DNA from: Asterionella formosa
Lineage: Eukaryota
Assembly: GCA_002256025.1 (NCBI GenBank)
Contig: NKIB01012947.1
Location: 1 to 64,000 of the forward strand
Direction: 5' to 3'
Length of the DNA stretch: 64,000 bases
Under the pieces are notes generated by a model that saw only the letters and a list, made by a program, of their open reading frames with translations, searched no databases and was not told the DNA's origin. Positions 26,800 to 38,477 of this stretch are shown piece after piece (positions within the stretch are counted from its first letter, which is position 1; every line of letters begins with the position of its first letter). The translations under genes and the position numbers were made by a program.

Positions 26800-29270
26800 C
26801 TAAGCACTCCCAACTCCAGTGAAGAACTCGCTCGTCTGCGACCCGCTCGAAGTGTTCAGTCCAATTGATGCCGTCCTTCTGTTCTCTCATTGAACGACGA
26901 AACCATCGGTGATATCCACAGTTCGCATCTCCGTGAATTGTTGTGCAATTTGAGCGATGCGTCCTTGGGGCTTGTCCGTAATTTCGATCGCAACGGTGTT
27001 CTCCACTCCTGCCGCAGCGGCTTGATTGTGCACAATGTAACGCATCTTCTTTTCCAAGTGCTTTTGTAGTCTCAGTCTTTGTTGGGTCGACTTCGACGAG
27101 CTCATCGCTCTCGATAATGTCTCCACGAACGTCCCCAATCAAATCATTGTAAACAACTTTGAAGAAGTCAACCAAGATAAAAGTACCACTGTTGTAGAGC
27201 CAGATCCACAAGACGTTGAGCCATACAAGGTCTGTGCCATAAACAGCTATGATAGTTCCAACCAAGCAAGTGAGAATCACTGAAGTAAAGAGCAAAGCCG
27301 ATGGAAATGATTGGAAGGAGTATTTTGGAGCGCGAGCAGAAAATATCTGAAGGGGAAAACAAAGGTCGGATCCAAGGATGAATAGATGCATGGGACGATT
27401 ACAATGAGACTCAATGCCACATACTTACCATAAATTCAGTCAACAGTACTAGGTGCAACCAGATGAAACCCTTCGTTTGATTGTCAGAATAGCGGTTAAT
27501 GTCAATACCAAACTCGAGCTGATTACTAACATCCAGTGAGAAAATAAATGTAAACCAAAGAAGGTTTGCATGATGCCATAGTACAGGGACATTAAGACAA
27601 GCTTCGTTGCGTTTGGAAGCTGAGGTTTGGCAGTTGCACTGGAGTAGTCGTATGCGACTGGGATCATACTACATTGAGTAACGCCAAGATGATAACAAGC
27701 AAAGAATTTACTGCACAACCAGTAGTAAAAATGATGATTGACAACGTGAAGACCAAAATAATGGAAGCAGCGATTCGGTAAATAACGTGCGACTTAATGC
27801 GGGGGAAAATAGGATGAGATTCAATCACGGCTCCATAAATAGGGTTTAGTCCAGGCTCGGTCAGAATGAGATCGGCAGCATCAGTCGCACCATGAACAGC
27901 AATACCGACTTGAGCGGCACTCAAGGCAGGAGCATCATTTACGCCATCACCCGTCATCCCAGTTACTACGTGAAAATCATTGCGTAGAGTCAGAACAACT
28001 TCCCGCTTCTATCCAGCTTTACTCAACCCCGAGTCAATACCAGCAACTTTCTCGATACACTTCTTGTTTTTTGTTGTTCGCATTTCAACTGATGATCATG
28101 ATTATCCTATCCGCCAAATTCAGTATCAATGATCTTGGCTGGCAACCCTTTGGCAAGAGTTATAACCTTTCCATCTTTCGTGGAACAGAAGGCAACCACG
28201 CGCTTGACCTCGTGGTTGAATCCAATCAACGAATCTTATTTCAAACCCATGTATTCGGCATATGACTTCGCAGCCTCTGAGTTTTCATAAAAGACCACCA
28301 CAGCACGGTCACTAGGAACATCCTTCTTGTCCGCATTTACACAAAGGAAGGAGTACAACATGACATCATCTTTTGTGAATCCATCATCAGCGTAGATTGT
28401 TCAGGAATAACGCTCATATTGGCAGCAGTTAATGTTCCCGTCTTATCGGAACACAAGATGGACATGGAAGCAATATCTTGCATGGCAGGAATAGAGGTGA
28501 CGATCTCATGATGCTTTTTGTCCAAAAAGGCAGCGCCCAATGCCAAGTTAGTTGACTTGCAACAGGAATGACAGAAATCAAGATACCAAGAGCATCCAAA
28601 ATGGTTCGCTGTTTGTCAGTTTTGAATCCATAATAGACAATGCCTGAGTAGGTAGGGATAGGCGAATTCGACAAGTCGTTGCATAAACCAACAAGTCAGT
28701 CACAATGTGGTCAATGCACTTGCCTTGCACAAGGACCACTGCCAAAACCATAAGCAAGGAAAAAGAAATCAAGATCTGTACCACAAGCATAATTTTCTGT
28801 TGAATGAGAGACATAATCCCAACCGACTTGTCATTGAAGACGTCGGCTGTTGCTTGCCCAATCTCCGTATTGGTTCCTGTCGCCATGACTTGACTATTGC
28901 ACTCACCGGCTCTGACAGTTGTTCCATTGATGATGGCATCGACATAATCTGAATACGGGCACTTGCGTGGAAAAGGTTCTCCTGTCAGCGCCGCCGTATC
29001 AATATTCATCACATCTCCTCGCAACTACTTGACATTAGCATAGCGGGAAGGACAACACCCCCCACCAAGAGAAAAATGTCACCAAGGACCAATTGAGTCG
29101 CAAGAATGACAACGGCCTGTCCTCCATTGCGTAGGACTGTGATCTCCGCTCGATGGAACTGGATAGTTCATCGAGTGACTTTTTGGCGTGGTATTGTTCT
29201 TCTTTAATTCCAAACAGGCATTGATAACCAAGATACTAAAGATGATGCCGAAATCGGCATACATATACAT
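26800..29270 (-). pseudogene. P-type (P3A, plasma-membrane H+-ATPase-like) pseudogene
   Basis: Fragments in different frames in the correct order: DFGIIFSILVINACL, IDTAALTGEPFP, ATGTNTEIG, ISVIPVA, ILCSDKTGTLT, MTGDGVNDAPALSAAQVGIAV, LQIFSARAP. There are multiple frameshifts and stops, and the DKTGT-GDGVND spacing is shortened. Confidence 0.85.
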
Positions 29271-29959
29271 TGTGAATTTCGGGAGAAGGATCTACAGCCC
29301 ATCCTTGACTGAGAACTACTCTCTCTGTTCTGGTATAGTTGCAACCAAACTTTAGGTCACTGCCTCTCATGAAGCTCAAGCTCTGATTATTCTCCTGCTA
29401 ACAGTCTCTCCTATTTAAAAATTGTTCCAAATCAAATGGTGTCATATTATATGTTCTAAGTATTCTAGAAATAGGTGAACCTGGCTTCAATTTTATTTTT
29501 TGGTATGTTTTTCATAGATTTTACTGTAGTGGCCTTTATTGGTTCGCACTGTAGCCTTCACATTGGAGTCGGGCAAGGAGCCCATGTGGCTCTTAGACCA
29601 AGGATAAAGTGAGAGAACATAGGATTGTGAGTCCATCACTGCTCTTCTGATTGTAAGGTTGGGGATGAGATTTTGGTGTCATATTATTCAAGTACATGCT
29701 AGAAGGCACTTTTCAATGTACCATACATAATACCAAATAAATAAATATTCATTGAATCAAACCTTTTCATTGGTGGAGGTTTTCCCTTAGTGTGAGAGAC
29801 TGAGCAATCTCGCATAACTTTAACGCATTCATTAGAGTTATATCACATATATGAGAACTTCATGTGTGTATCTATGTTGAACAATGGAAGTATTCAATCA
29901 AATATTCATTCACAGTAATCAAACACACACCTTTCACAAGTAAAATAAATATGTTTATC

Positions 29960-30400
29960 CCTTAAGGAGCTTTCACCATTTGACATCCTTTTCATATGCA
30001 TGCATACACTCATTGGTCAAAGTGTGGATACAGGAAAACTCTATCTATGTCATCAGGATATGTGATCTGGCAAGAAACTGCAGAAAGAATAAATCACCAG
30101 AGGGTCACTCCTGATGCACATTATAGCTAGTAAAGCACATGGCTACATATATTAATCTTATTGAGCAATCCTCATCCAAATAGTCAACCCAATCAGCATT
30201 TCAACCATCAGCAATGTTAATCAGTATATGATTCTTGTGATTGGATATTTTGTTGAATGATTTTCCATTCAAAAATATGAATTTTAAAGTGATACATGAT
30301 TCATTGGAATATACACCTAAGAATTCCATGCACTCTACCAATTTAACAACCCTAGCAATGTTTTACTCCAAACTAGGTTGTAAACTGGGGCTGTACAAGC
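29960..30400 (-). mobile_element. Diverged fragment of the same TIR-element family as 3414-4450 and 4548-7419
   Basis: ggagctttcacca...catatgc...caggatatgtgatctggcaagaaactgcagaa (~29966-30085) matches the reverse complement of ~4235-4350. acaaccctagcaatgttttactccaaactagg (~30347-30378) matches the reverse complement of ~4572-4601. Confidence 0.65.
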
Positions 30401-30625
30401 AGGGAAATGAGAGATAGTTTGATTGTCTGCCAATTATCATAGCTGTAATGCATAAGTGGGCAAGCATTTACCCAGCCATAATGATACCAGCAGTATAGTA
30501 TGAATATAACAGCTGAACTTTCCTACAAATTTCAGTTGCACCATGCATGATGCTTTCATTTTACCCTTCAAACTTCATTTTGATCGAATGATTAGTTTTA
30601 GTTAGCACTTTGTATGCATTCGTCC

Positions 30626-33600
30626 CTAATTTACACTCTTGATATTGTGTTGAAGTATATACAATTGCCACTCTCGAAGAGCAGGATCCATTGCTTCCTT
30701 GGGTCGTGGTATTTCATCAGGAAGGCCAACCAATGCTGGAGCCTCCTTGATTCGTTCTTCAGCATGGACTCCCCAACCTTGTGATGCAAAGATTTGAATG
30801 GCACGACCTGTCGATTTAACCGCAGGCCAGTCTAACTTTCCAGTTTTGCCCTTAGAAATGATGATATTCCCAGCACTGTCATTTTGTAACCCCCCTTGTT
30901 GGGGCACAATTAATATCTTAGCAATAAATGTTCCTTGCTGACGCAAAGCAGCGATCAACTTATCTCCGTCCGATCGATCCACCAAAACACTAACGGGTAG
31001 GGCATACCCGATGTAGTCATCACTTGGATCCGAATCAGTTGCACCAGACATGAGAAAAAATCCATCGTCAACATCGTTCACAATAATGACGGCCTTGGCA
31101 TCGTGTCCCATGGATTGAGTCCTGCCCTTCAACTCAAATTTACAGTCACCACGATTGATAATTGAGATGGGTCGGTCTTCTGGATAATAAGAGAATGAAT
31201 TTTCAGGACTGTCACAACCTAAGATATTATTCAAGTCTGGGAGATGGATGGGGCCTTCACTAATGACTCCGTTATTCGCAGCCAGTTCGGAGTCCATGGT
31301 GGGACCAAACATTGCAGGAGCACAGGGAAAGTTAGACAAGATCTTTTCATAATGTACCGCTGTCTCGTCATTTTCAGACACGTTTACAAAGACTGTCTTG
31401 GAAATGACAAATCTCTGTACGAGTTGGACTTCGCAGGCAAAGGACTGAACGGGGTTGAAAGCGACAACAACTCGTCGTCTAGCTCGATTTTGTGTCGCGT
31501 CCACGTTCTTCTCGCCCGCTTGGGGCCCGATCACCCCAGGTTTTTGATTGAAGATTGCCTTCCAGCTTCCACTTGAAAATTTCCACGAGACTGACGTATG
31601 TGTGTCGATTTGAACTGTCTTGGCCTTCTGTGGCGGCGTGACCGAATAAACCATAATGTACGGTGGAATATTTTCGCCTCGCGAAAGGATGGTGGCAGTG
31701 ATAGTTTCTCCTGAATTCACGTGATGGATGTAGAATCCACTACCCTCATCAAAGACAGAAACATCGACAGGACCGAGATCACTGCCCATGTCGAAACGAC
31801 GCGAGTCTTCTGGAACGTCGACGTTCTCCTCCTTAGGTGCGGTTAAAATTGGAACGGTGAAAGCTTCCTCAATGGGACACATGGCGCTCTCATTTTGCTC
31901 GGCCATACCAAGAAAACGACCACTGCCTTGAAAGGCCAAGGCGGCGGAAGCAGACAAACTTCCGACTGCGAAGCGCTTATCAATCGGAGCATCATCTGAC
32001 AAGGACGATACATACACGTCACCATAATCTAAAACCCCACCATTCAACGCGTTCATCCACAAAAGAGACGAACTATGAATGTTCGGACACCCCTTTGAAA
32101 TTGAAGTTTCAAGGCCTTGACTGTTCCAGGAAAGTCCGGCTATGTTCATTTCTCGCTGCATGTGATTCTCAGACTTGTGCTTTAACGCGTGATCCGTGGT
32201 CACAAATGATCCAATTAGGCCTGTTTTGCGGAGGTGGATGTCAAAATTGAGCATAATTGACCCAGCATAATCAGCAACGCTTCGTAATGGTAAACCTGCT
32301 TCCGTTTCAACAATATCGTTTAGATATTGCGAGGATGACGTACGAATTGCCCACTTCTCTCCTTGGCTGGTAATGGCTAAAGTCTTGTTCTTGTTTACAT
32401 CTCGAAGTTCGCTCCTCGACAGGTCCATTTGAACGAGTGCGCGTTTCTTCAGCAGCATTTTGAGATCTGCCCGCGAGACGTTCTTGACGCTAGTGTCAAT
32501 CGCGTCATTCATTTTCCTTTTTTGTTCATGGTGAATTGGATGCGCTTCCGTCGTGAACACCCACTCTCGATCGTCATCATTGTGAAGGATATTGTCATCG
32601 TCAAAAGCGAGAAAGAGATACTTTAAAGTTTCACTTAAAAAGAAGCTCGGCATCTCATTTGCTGTCCGAATCTTCGGAATGGATTTCTTATTATGCCCAG
32701 GAATAGCGCCAGTTGTAGACGGATTCACATCCTTGATAATTGCGAAGCCGCACGGGGTCCACGCCAATCGATGGATGGCATGAAGGGAATAATCTGCAGC
32801 CCACAGCCAGCCTGATTCGCCCGTGTCGCTTTCATGGTCTGTCGACTGAAACGAAGAGCGTTTCACAGATGTTCCTTCAGTTGCTCTGTGTAGGAAATAG
32901 CAACTTTCCAACAGTTCTGGTCGCAACGGATGAAGTCCAGCACCACCACCTTCGACCTTCCACTGAGCAAAGTTGAATCGCTCCGGGAGTAAACCAGTAG
33001 TCTCTCGGACCATAAAAAAGCTGTTTAAGGTCTTGGCGGCTGGACTCAGCTCGCCAGCCAAGACTTGCATTCCAGGATAAAAAGCCATTAACGATTCAAA
33101 TGTTCGTCGCCCATGTCCACTTTTGATTCCACTGTTCATGTCCACATCTGAATACCATTCACCAAGACGAGTTTCATTAAACACTCCATTGTATGTAGCA
33201 ACAAACATGGTCCAAAAATCTGAGTCTTCAGGAAACAGAATGTAGTGCTTGATCATGTATTCATAAAACGAATCTGAATTGGAACCAATACCACTCAATG
33301 TTTCCGTCCACTCTCCTTTTTCGACATCTAGATGCTTGCCCAACAAGTGCAAGTTTGATCGTCGCATCCAGAGCGCGCGCGAAGCGAGCTTCGCGGCCTT
33401 ACCGAAGGAATCATCTCCAGTTAGCCGGGAGAGCAATTCAAATTCTAGATTGAGTGTTCCTCCACCGGCCAATGAAGCAATAGGCGTCTCACCGCGAGGA
33501 ATTCCAGATACTAAATTCACAGTTCCATAGGGAACTCCAGTCTTCGTATTGAACGCAGGCAATAAACGTTTACCCATATCGTGTGCCAGCTCGAGAAGCA

Positions 33601-35242
33601 GACCATCATAGGTCCAAAACGACTCGCAGGATGGCATGGTGGCAGTTTGGTTTTCACAAACATATCCATTGAGGCATTTAATTTCGGTTGACTTGTCGAC
33701 ATCTCCCAGAAGCTCATCAATTTTCATTTGATAGGCAAGGCAAACGCCTTGATCCGCAGCCGAAGGGCCCCCAAAGCGAATATTACCTCCTTTGTCTCGC
33801 ACATCATTTTCTAACACCTTGGTGTCCATGAACGCCACTGCCATCTGATGGGCCGACAGAAGACCTCCTAAAACTCGAATTGTGGTTTCGAAAACGCTAA
33901 CATTTTGATTTTGTGCGAAAATCCCGCCGCCTACGAGTTTTATGGAACGGCCCTGGTTGTTGACTCCAACCTTTAATGACTCATCCAAGTCTCGCAAGCG
34001 TTCCGTCGCTCTGGCAAATTCGGTAAAGTTTCCCATAATCAACAAGGTGTCGAGTGTGTCAATCAAGGTCAAGGCTGGTATTCGGACCAAATCAAACGTT
34101 CCAGGCGTGCACGAAATGGGTTTGAGTTCCGCAGCTGGGTATGCGTTGTACATATAGGAGTCATACGCGTGGATAAACATGTCTCGTATAAGCTTGACAT
34201 TACGACCCTTCCGCGATGGTGGAAACGGAGGAAGACCAACATGCAGCGACGATGTTCGATCTCCTGCTGACATTCGAGCAGTGTCGAGGCCGGATTGCTT
34301 GACGTAAGCAGAAAGTGCCTCTTGGACGTGTTGATCAAGGAGTGAAGGTTCTTTTACAACTTCGCCACCTTGTACATTGATTGTTGAAGATAGATGGGCT
34401 TGATGTTTGTAGCAAACTCGGATTGTGTATCGGCACGGCCTAGATTCAATAACAGATAAAATTCGAAATTCTTCGCCGTCACCTATTACTTCACAGGTGT
34501 TCTCGAACACAACGAGGGTCCTTCGCTTGTTCTTTCGCCTCAGTCCACCTGCATCCACGGAATCACATTCGTCACCTTCATCGTAGCTTTCGATAACGTT
34601 TAGTTCGTGGTCGGGGGATTGCGATGCCATCTTGGTACGAGTTTTGTAGGTTCCCAAATGAATGACTCGCTCTGCTACAAACTCCTTTACGGACCCGTCC
34701 TTGTTGAGAATCCTCGGCTTCAAATGCACTTGCTTGATATGTTCATTGGGACACCAAAAATAGGTCCAGAACGATTCAGCCCCTTCGTTGTACAAAATAC
34801 AGTGGGTGCTCTTGTCTGTCCATGAATGTTCCGGTGGTATGCTTCTGTTCCTGCGTGCGTTCAAGTGCTGTTCGCTACCAATAAAGTCGCCGTAATGAGT
34901 ATGCAGCGAGTATTCCATGAGAGCTCGCCGTTGCGTCACATGAAGGACATTTTCTTGGCGATGGATTTTTCCAGGCCGTGATGACTTTGGTGACAAGAGT
35001 TGTGATCGCGGCGATTGATGCGACGACCCTAGAAAAGACTCTTGGAACTTTTTGAAGAATTCAAACATGCCTGCTTGAGGCTGCGAATGAGTTGAAACCA
35101 AACATGATACAAATAGAAAGAGCTTGAAGGACTTTGATTCTGTCAGGGGAGCAATAGGTCTTCTTCTAGTAGAGGATCGGTGCGGTCGTGTCGAATTTCT
35201 CATGGTCATGGGTGAGAGACAAATAATGATCGAAGCATTCAT
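30626..35242 (-). CDS. EDEM-like ER alpha-1,2-mannosidase (GH47) with an N-terminal OS-9/XTP3-B-type MRH lectin domain and a C-terminal PA domain
   Basis: 1538 aa ORF; the start could be a downstream Met. It has a hydrophobic N-terminal segment. GH47 motifs: MFIHAYDSYM..AYP..ELKP, TLIDTLDTL, VFETTIRVLGGLLSAH, GIGSNSDSFYEY, PLRPELLES, MPSFFLSETLKYL, FTTEAHP. PA motif: IINRGDCKF..K....AKAVII. MRH pattern: FWTY.WC....KQ.H...GDEC...RRT...ES.PCRY. Confidence 0.92.
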   Translation of the reverse strand: MNASIIICLSPMTMRNSTRPHRSSTRRRPIAPLTESKSFKLFLFVSCLVSTHSQPQAGMFEFFKKFQESFLGSSHQSPRSQLLSPKSSRPGKIHRQENVLHVTQRRALMEYSLHTHYGDFIGSEQHLNARRNRSIPPEHSWTDKSTHCILYNEGAESFWTYFWCPNEHIKQVHLKPRILNKDGSVKEFVAERVIHLGTYKTRTKMASQSPDHELNVIESYDEGDECDSVDAGGLRRKNKRRTLVVFENTCEVIGDGEEFRILSVIESRPCRYTIRVCYKHQAHLSSTINVQGGEVVKEPSLLDQHVQEALSAYVKQSGLDTARMSAGDRTSSLHVGLPPFPPSRKGRNVKLIRDMFIHAYDSYMYNAYPAAELKPISCTPGTFDLVRIPALTLIDTLDTLLIMGNFTEFARATERLRDLDESLKVGVNNQGRSIKLVGGGIFAQNQNVSVFETTIRVLGGLLSAHQMAVAFMDTKVLENDVRDKGGNIRFGGPSAADQGVCLAYQMKIDELLGDVDKSTEIKCLNGYVCENQTATMPSCESFWTYDGLLLELAHDMGKRLLPAFNTKTGVPYGTVNLVSGIPRGETPIASLAGGGTLNLEFELLSRLTGDDSFGKAAKLASRALWMRRSNLHLLGKHLDVEKGEWTETLSGIGSNSDSFYEYMIKHYILFPEDSDFWTMFVATYNGVFNETRLGEWYSDVDMNSGIKSGHGRRTFESLMAFYPGMQVLAGELSPAAKTLNSFFMVRETTGLLPERFNFAQWKVEGGGAGLHPLRPELLESCYFLHRATEGTSVKRSSFQSTDHESDTGESGWLWAADYSLHAIHRLAWTPCGFAIIKDVNPSTTGAIPGHNKKSIPKIRTANEMPSFFLSETLKYLFLAFDDDNILHNDDDREWVFTTEAHPIHHEQKRKMNDAIDTSVKNVSRADLKMLLKKRALVQMDLSRSELRDVNKNKTLAITSQGEKWAIRTSSSQYLNDIVETEAGLPLRSVADYAGSIMLNFDIHLRKTGLIGSFVTTDHALKHKSENHMQREMNIAGLSWNSQGLETSISKGCPNIHSSSLLWMNALNGGVLDYGDVYVSSLSDDAPIDKRFAVGSLSASAALAFQGSGRFLGMAEQNESAMCPIEEAFTVPILTAPKEENVDVPEDSRRFDMGSDLGPVDVSVFDEGSGFYIHHVNSGETITATILSRGENIPPYIMVYSVTPPQKAKTVQIDTHTSVSWKFSSGSWKAIFNQKPGVIGPQAGEKNVDATQNRARRRVVVAFNPVQSFACEVQLVQRFVISKTVFVNVSENDETAVHYEKILSNFPCAPAMFGPTMDSELAANNGVISEGPIHLPDLNNILGCDSPENSFSYYPEDRPISIINRGDCKFELKGRTQSMGHDAKAVIIVNDVDDGFFLMSGATDSDPSDDYIGYALPVSVLVDRSDGDKLIAALRQQGTFIAKILIVPQQGGLQNDSAGNIIISKGKTGKLDWPAVKSTGRAIQIFASQGWGVHAEERIKEAPALVGLPDEIPRPKEAMDPALREWQLYILQHNIKSVN

Positions 35243-35384
35243 ATTATAAACCTAGTGGACAGCTACCTGCTAATGCGATTTTACTTGAACGACAAGCAAA
35301 ACGTGAACAACAACCAGCCGTGGTGACATCAGTGCATGATGCTGTGGCGGTAAACAAGTGCATACTGATAGTACGAGGAAAGGG

Positions 35385-35740
35385 AGTACCTCGTACCTGG
35401 TACCGGTATACCGTTAATTCATTTCTAGGCCACATACATTCGCACCGTTAGCACGCAATGGCTGTGGGCAGTCTGGAAGACAAACATGTTGCATGAGCGC
35501 AATGCTGCGTATTCGTATATATATATATATATATTGGTTCTCATTTAAAAATGTGTACGACCGCATATTACCGGACCTTCCACAGAGAACGCGGTACCAG
35601 TAACTGGGACGGAGTACCAGGTAGCTGATATCAGTAGTTATGTTATGGTGCTGGTGGTACTGGTAGCAGTATTTAGGCGAAAGCAGACGACGGTAAATAA
35701 AATGCTCAACCGGTACCTGGTAGGAGTACCCTGGTACCAA
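35385..35740. promoter_or_regulatory. GGTACC/TACC palindrome cluster upstream of the EDEM-like gene
   Basis: gtacctcgtacctggtaccggtataccg (~35387-35413), cggtaccagta, gtaccaggtag, accggtacctggtaggagtaccctggtacc (~35709-35738). Confidence 0.45.
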
Positions 35741-37180
35741 TGCTGGAAAGAATAACTACGGTAGACCCTACACACGAAGTAACTTGGATCATAGCTGCAA
35801 TTACTGTCTTTGCCCATTTGCTTCGTCTATCTCCATTTGTAGCATCCAGATAGCCTGTATTGCTTCATAGCTACTTCACTGGAATAAACTAAAGTGGACC
35901 ATAGAGATTTAGAATAGCAAGCCAATAATACTTGGTAGTAGCTAGAAATAGCATAAATGGCTTTCAAGTTCATTGCTAAGTGATGTGTCCGGTTCCCAGA
36001 ATCGGGATTTGGTCCATGTCCAATCTCTGGTATCTGTGGCATTCGAGATGTACTGTGCTGAGGGTGGGAAGAAACACAAACCCCGAACGGCTGTCTTTCA
36101 GTTCCAATGAGGAACCACCCTACGAACGACTGGTTCGGTTTGTTACAAATGATGACTTGTTAAGGAGATCATTCAGAAACACCAGTTTCTATATTTATTT
36201 TACATAAAATATATAAATTTTGCGGGAACAAAAACATTGTGAAGAAAAAGATTGAGTTCAAGGGGGTGGATTCCTTTATATCTGACGCCATTTTCGGAAA
36301 AATTGAAAAGTCTGGAATATTGTTCTTCAAACAAGCTAGATGAATGGCAGTCAATCTGAAGTATGCATGCTAATATGGCTTTCCTGATTTGCATGCCAAG
36401 CAAAAAACTTCAAGCTTTCCCAACCATGTAGTAGTAGTATATAACTTGTTTGATATGCAGGGAGAACCACCAGTCCAGGAGGGACAAAGCAAGTACTCCT
36501 TCTGACTTCAAATGGAACATGCCTACAATGGAGGTATACTTCCAACAATATTGCAGAAAAATTCAAAAAATCTGGGCTTGAACTTCGTATGTATTCTTTA
36601 ATAGAATACAACAGCAATAGATGTAGTAGGCACAATTTCATAAATTCAGAAAGTAGTCTAGCTAATACAAATAAAGACTCAGCATCTAGCTAGCTACTAT
36701 AGCTAGTAGTTCACTATTATGGCTCCAGCAATGAGGAAAAGGTGAACAAAAGCAAAATTAATGATTTCATTGAATTATCGACATTAACAACAGTATGTAT
36801 TACTCGCACAGACATTTAAAGCAGTTGACATACCGGTATTCCAGAAGCAAAGAAATCCACGGTCGTTTTGTAACATGGTAATTTGAGTCAAAGTGAGTCA
36901 AATGTAGTCGTGAATATGGATTCCTGGGCCGCACAGGTTGCGCTCAGCAAATATGTACAGGTACTGGTACCTGGTAGTACTGCAACCACTGCTCCAGAAC
37001 ACCGGCATTATTATTTATGTTGTATCCGATACTGTCTTTAGCTAGCAGTAAAAAAAATTAATTATGTGTTGGTTGATCGTCAGGGCTCAGGGCTCATTAC
37101 GGTCGACAATAATAAACAACGTCAACTCGTTTTATTTGTCATAATCGTCATCGATGATGCAATTCACTTCACAACAGCAC

Positions 37181-38266
37181 ATGATTAAATTGAGCATGGC
37201 GTTTGCCGTTCCTGTCACTGCAGCGGCTCTTTTGTTTTGCCCATGCAGCGCCTTTGTTGCTCCAAGGCACGCCTTTCTGAACTCAATGTTTACACAATCA
37301 AGTCTCCATATGTCCCGAGAGAAACCGCAAATGGGCTCGATCGTTACAATTGATTGCGAATTGACACCCCAAGCTGACTTTGTCCCTGAATCCCTGATCG
37401 ACACCAAAGGCCAGTTCACGTTTGTCCTCGGAGGAGGAAATTACCTTCCAGGGCTGCACGAGTTAGTCGCTGACATGTCGCTGGGGATGTTGGTGGATGG
37501 CGTCACTCTAGATGCTGGGTGGGGCTCGAAAAACCCAAACTTGGTGGCAGTGATCCAGAAGAAGGATATGGAGATTGATGTATCCTTGCTTCAAGTTGGA
37601 ACGGAACTTTACTTAGTCAACGGAATGAAAGCTAGGGTCACAGAACTCGGAGACGAGACCTTTACCATCGACGCCAACCCGCCAATGGCGGGAGCAAGCT
37701 ACACCGCAGTTGTTGAGCTCTTGGCCTTTGACGACGGCCCAACGAAGTATGAATATTCTTCTCAAGGTGATGATTCGAAATTTAAGCTTGCCACTTTTGC
37801 ATTGGGTTGCTTCTGGGGTGGGGAACTTGAGTACATGAGAGTTCCTGGGGTCGTGGGTACCAAAGTTGGATATACTCAGGGACACAAATTGGATCCAACA
37901 TACGAAGAGGTATGTTCCGGGACCACAGGTCACACCGAAGCTATTTTGGTGACTTTCGATCCTCTCGTCGTTTCATATGAAGATTTAGTTATGAAAGCCA
38001 TGGATCGACTGGGTTCAGATAAGTACCTTTTGAACCAAGTTGGGAATGATCGAGGCACACAATACAGATCTGGAGTGTATTTTCATGACGATATGCAGAA
38101 AGAGGTTGCTGAACGCATCATGGCATCCTTTGGAGAAACTTGTAAGACAGAATGCCTGCCTGCGGGTAAGTGGTATGATGCAGAAGCCTACCACCAACAA
38201 TACCTGTTGAAGGGAGGTCAATCTGCGAGAAAGAATGATGAGAGAACAATTCGTTGCTATGGATAA
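37181..38266 (+). CDS. msrA: Plastid-targeted SlyD-like FKBP peptidyl-prolyl isomerase fused to peptide methionine sulfoxide reductase MsrA
   Basis: Signal peptide plus CSA-FVAP presequence (alternative ATGs at 37154 and 37196). SlyD-like FVLGGGNYLPGL...GWG...ARVTEL..ETFTIDANPPMAG. MsrA ATFALGCFWG, VGYTQG, PTYEEVCSGTTGHTE, GNDRGTQYRSG, AEAYHQQYL and C-terminal IRCYG. Confidence 0.92.
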   Translation: MIKLSMAFAVPVTAAALLFCPCSAFVAPRHAFLNSMFTQSSLHMSREKPQMGSIVTIDCELTPQADFVPESLIDTKGQFTFVLGGGNYLPGLHELVADMSLGMLVDGVTLDAGWGSKNPNLVAVIQKKDMEIDVSLLQVGTELYLVNGMKARVTELGDETFTIDANPPMAGASYTAVVELLAFDDGPTKYEYSSQGDDSKFKLATFALGCFWGGELEYMRVPGVVGTKVGYTQGHKLDPTYEEVCSGTTGHTEAILVTFDPLVVSYEDLVMKAMDRLGSDKYLLNQVGNDRGTQYRSGVYFHDDMQKEVAERIMASFGETCKTECLPAGKWYDAEAYHQQYLLKGGQSARKNDERTIRCYG

Positions 38267-38477
38267 GGTGATCTGCTCAATTATAAATGATGAATTGAAA
38301 CCATATCATGTGTTCTACCTTCAATTTGCTACGTGTTATGACAATGTACACCACAAATGTTGGTTGTGGAACCTCAATTATCTTTTATCAAAGGAGAAAG
38401 CCTTGCTCATTTCGGATTTCCCCCTTCGTCTTATCAAATCTAGAATTCTTGTGGCCTGAAAAGTCATTCTTTTGTTT

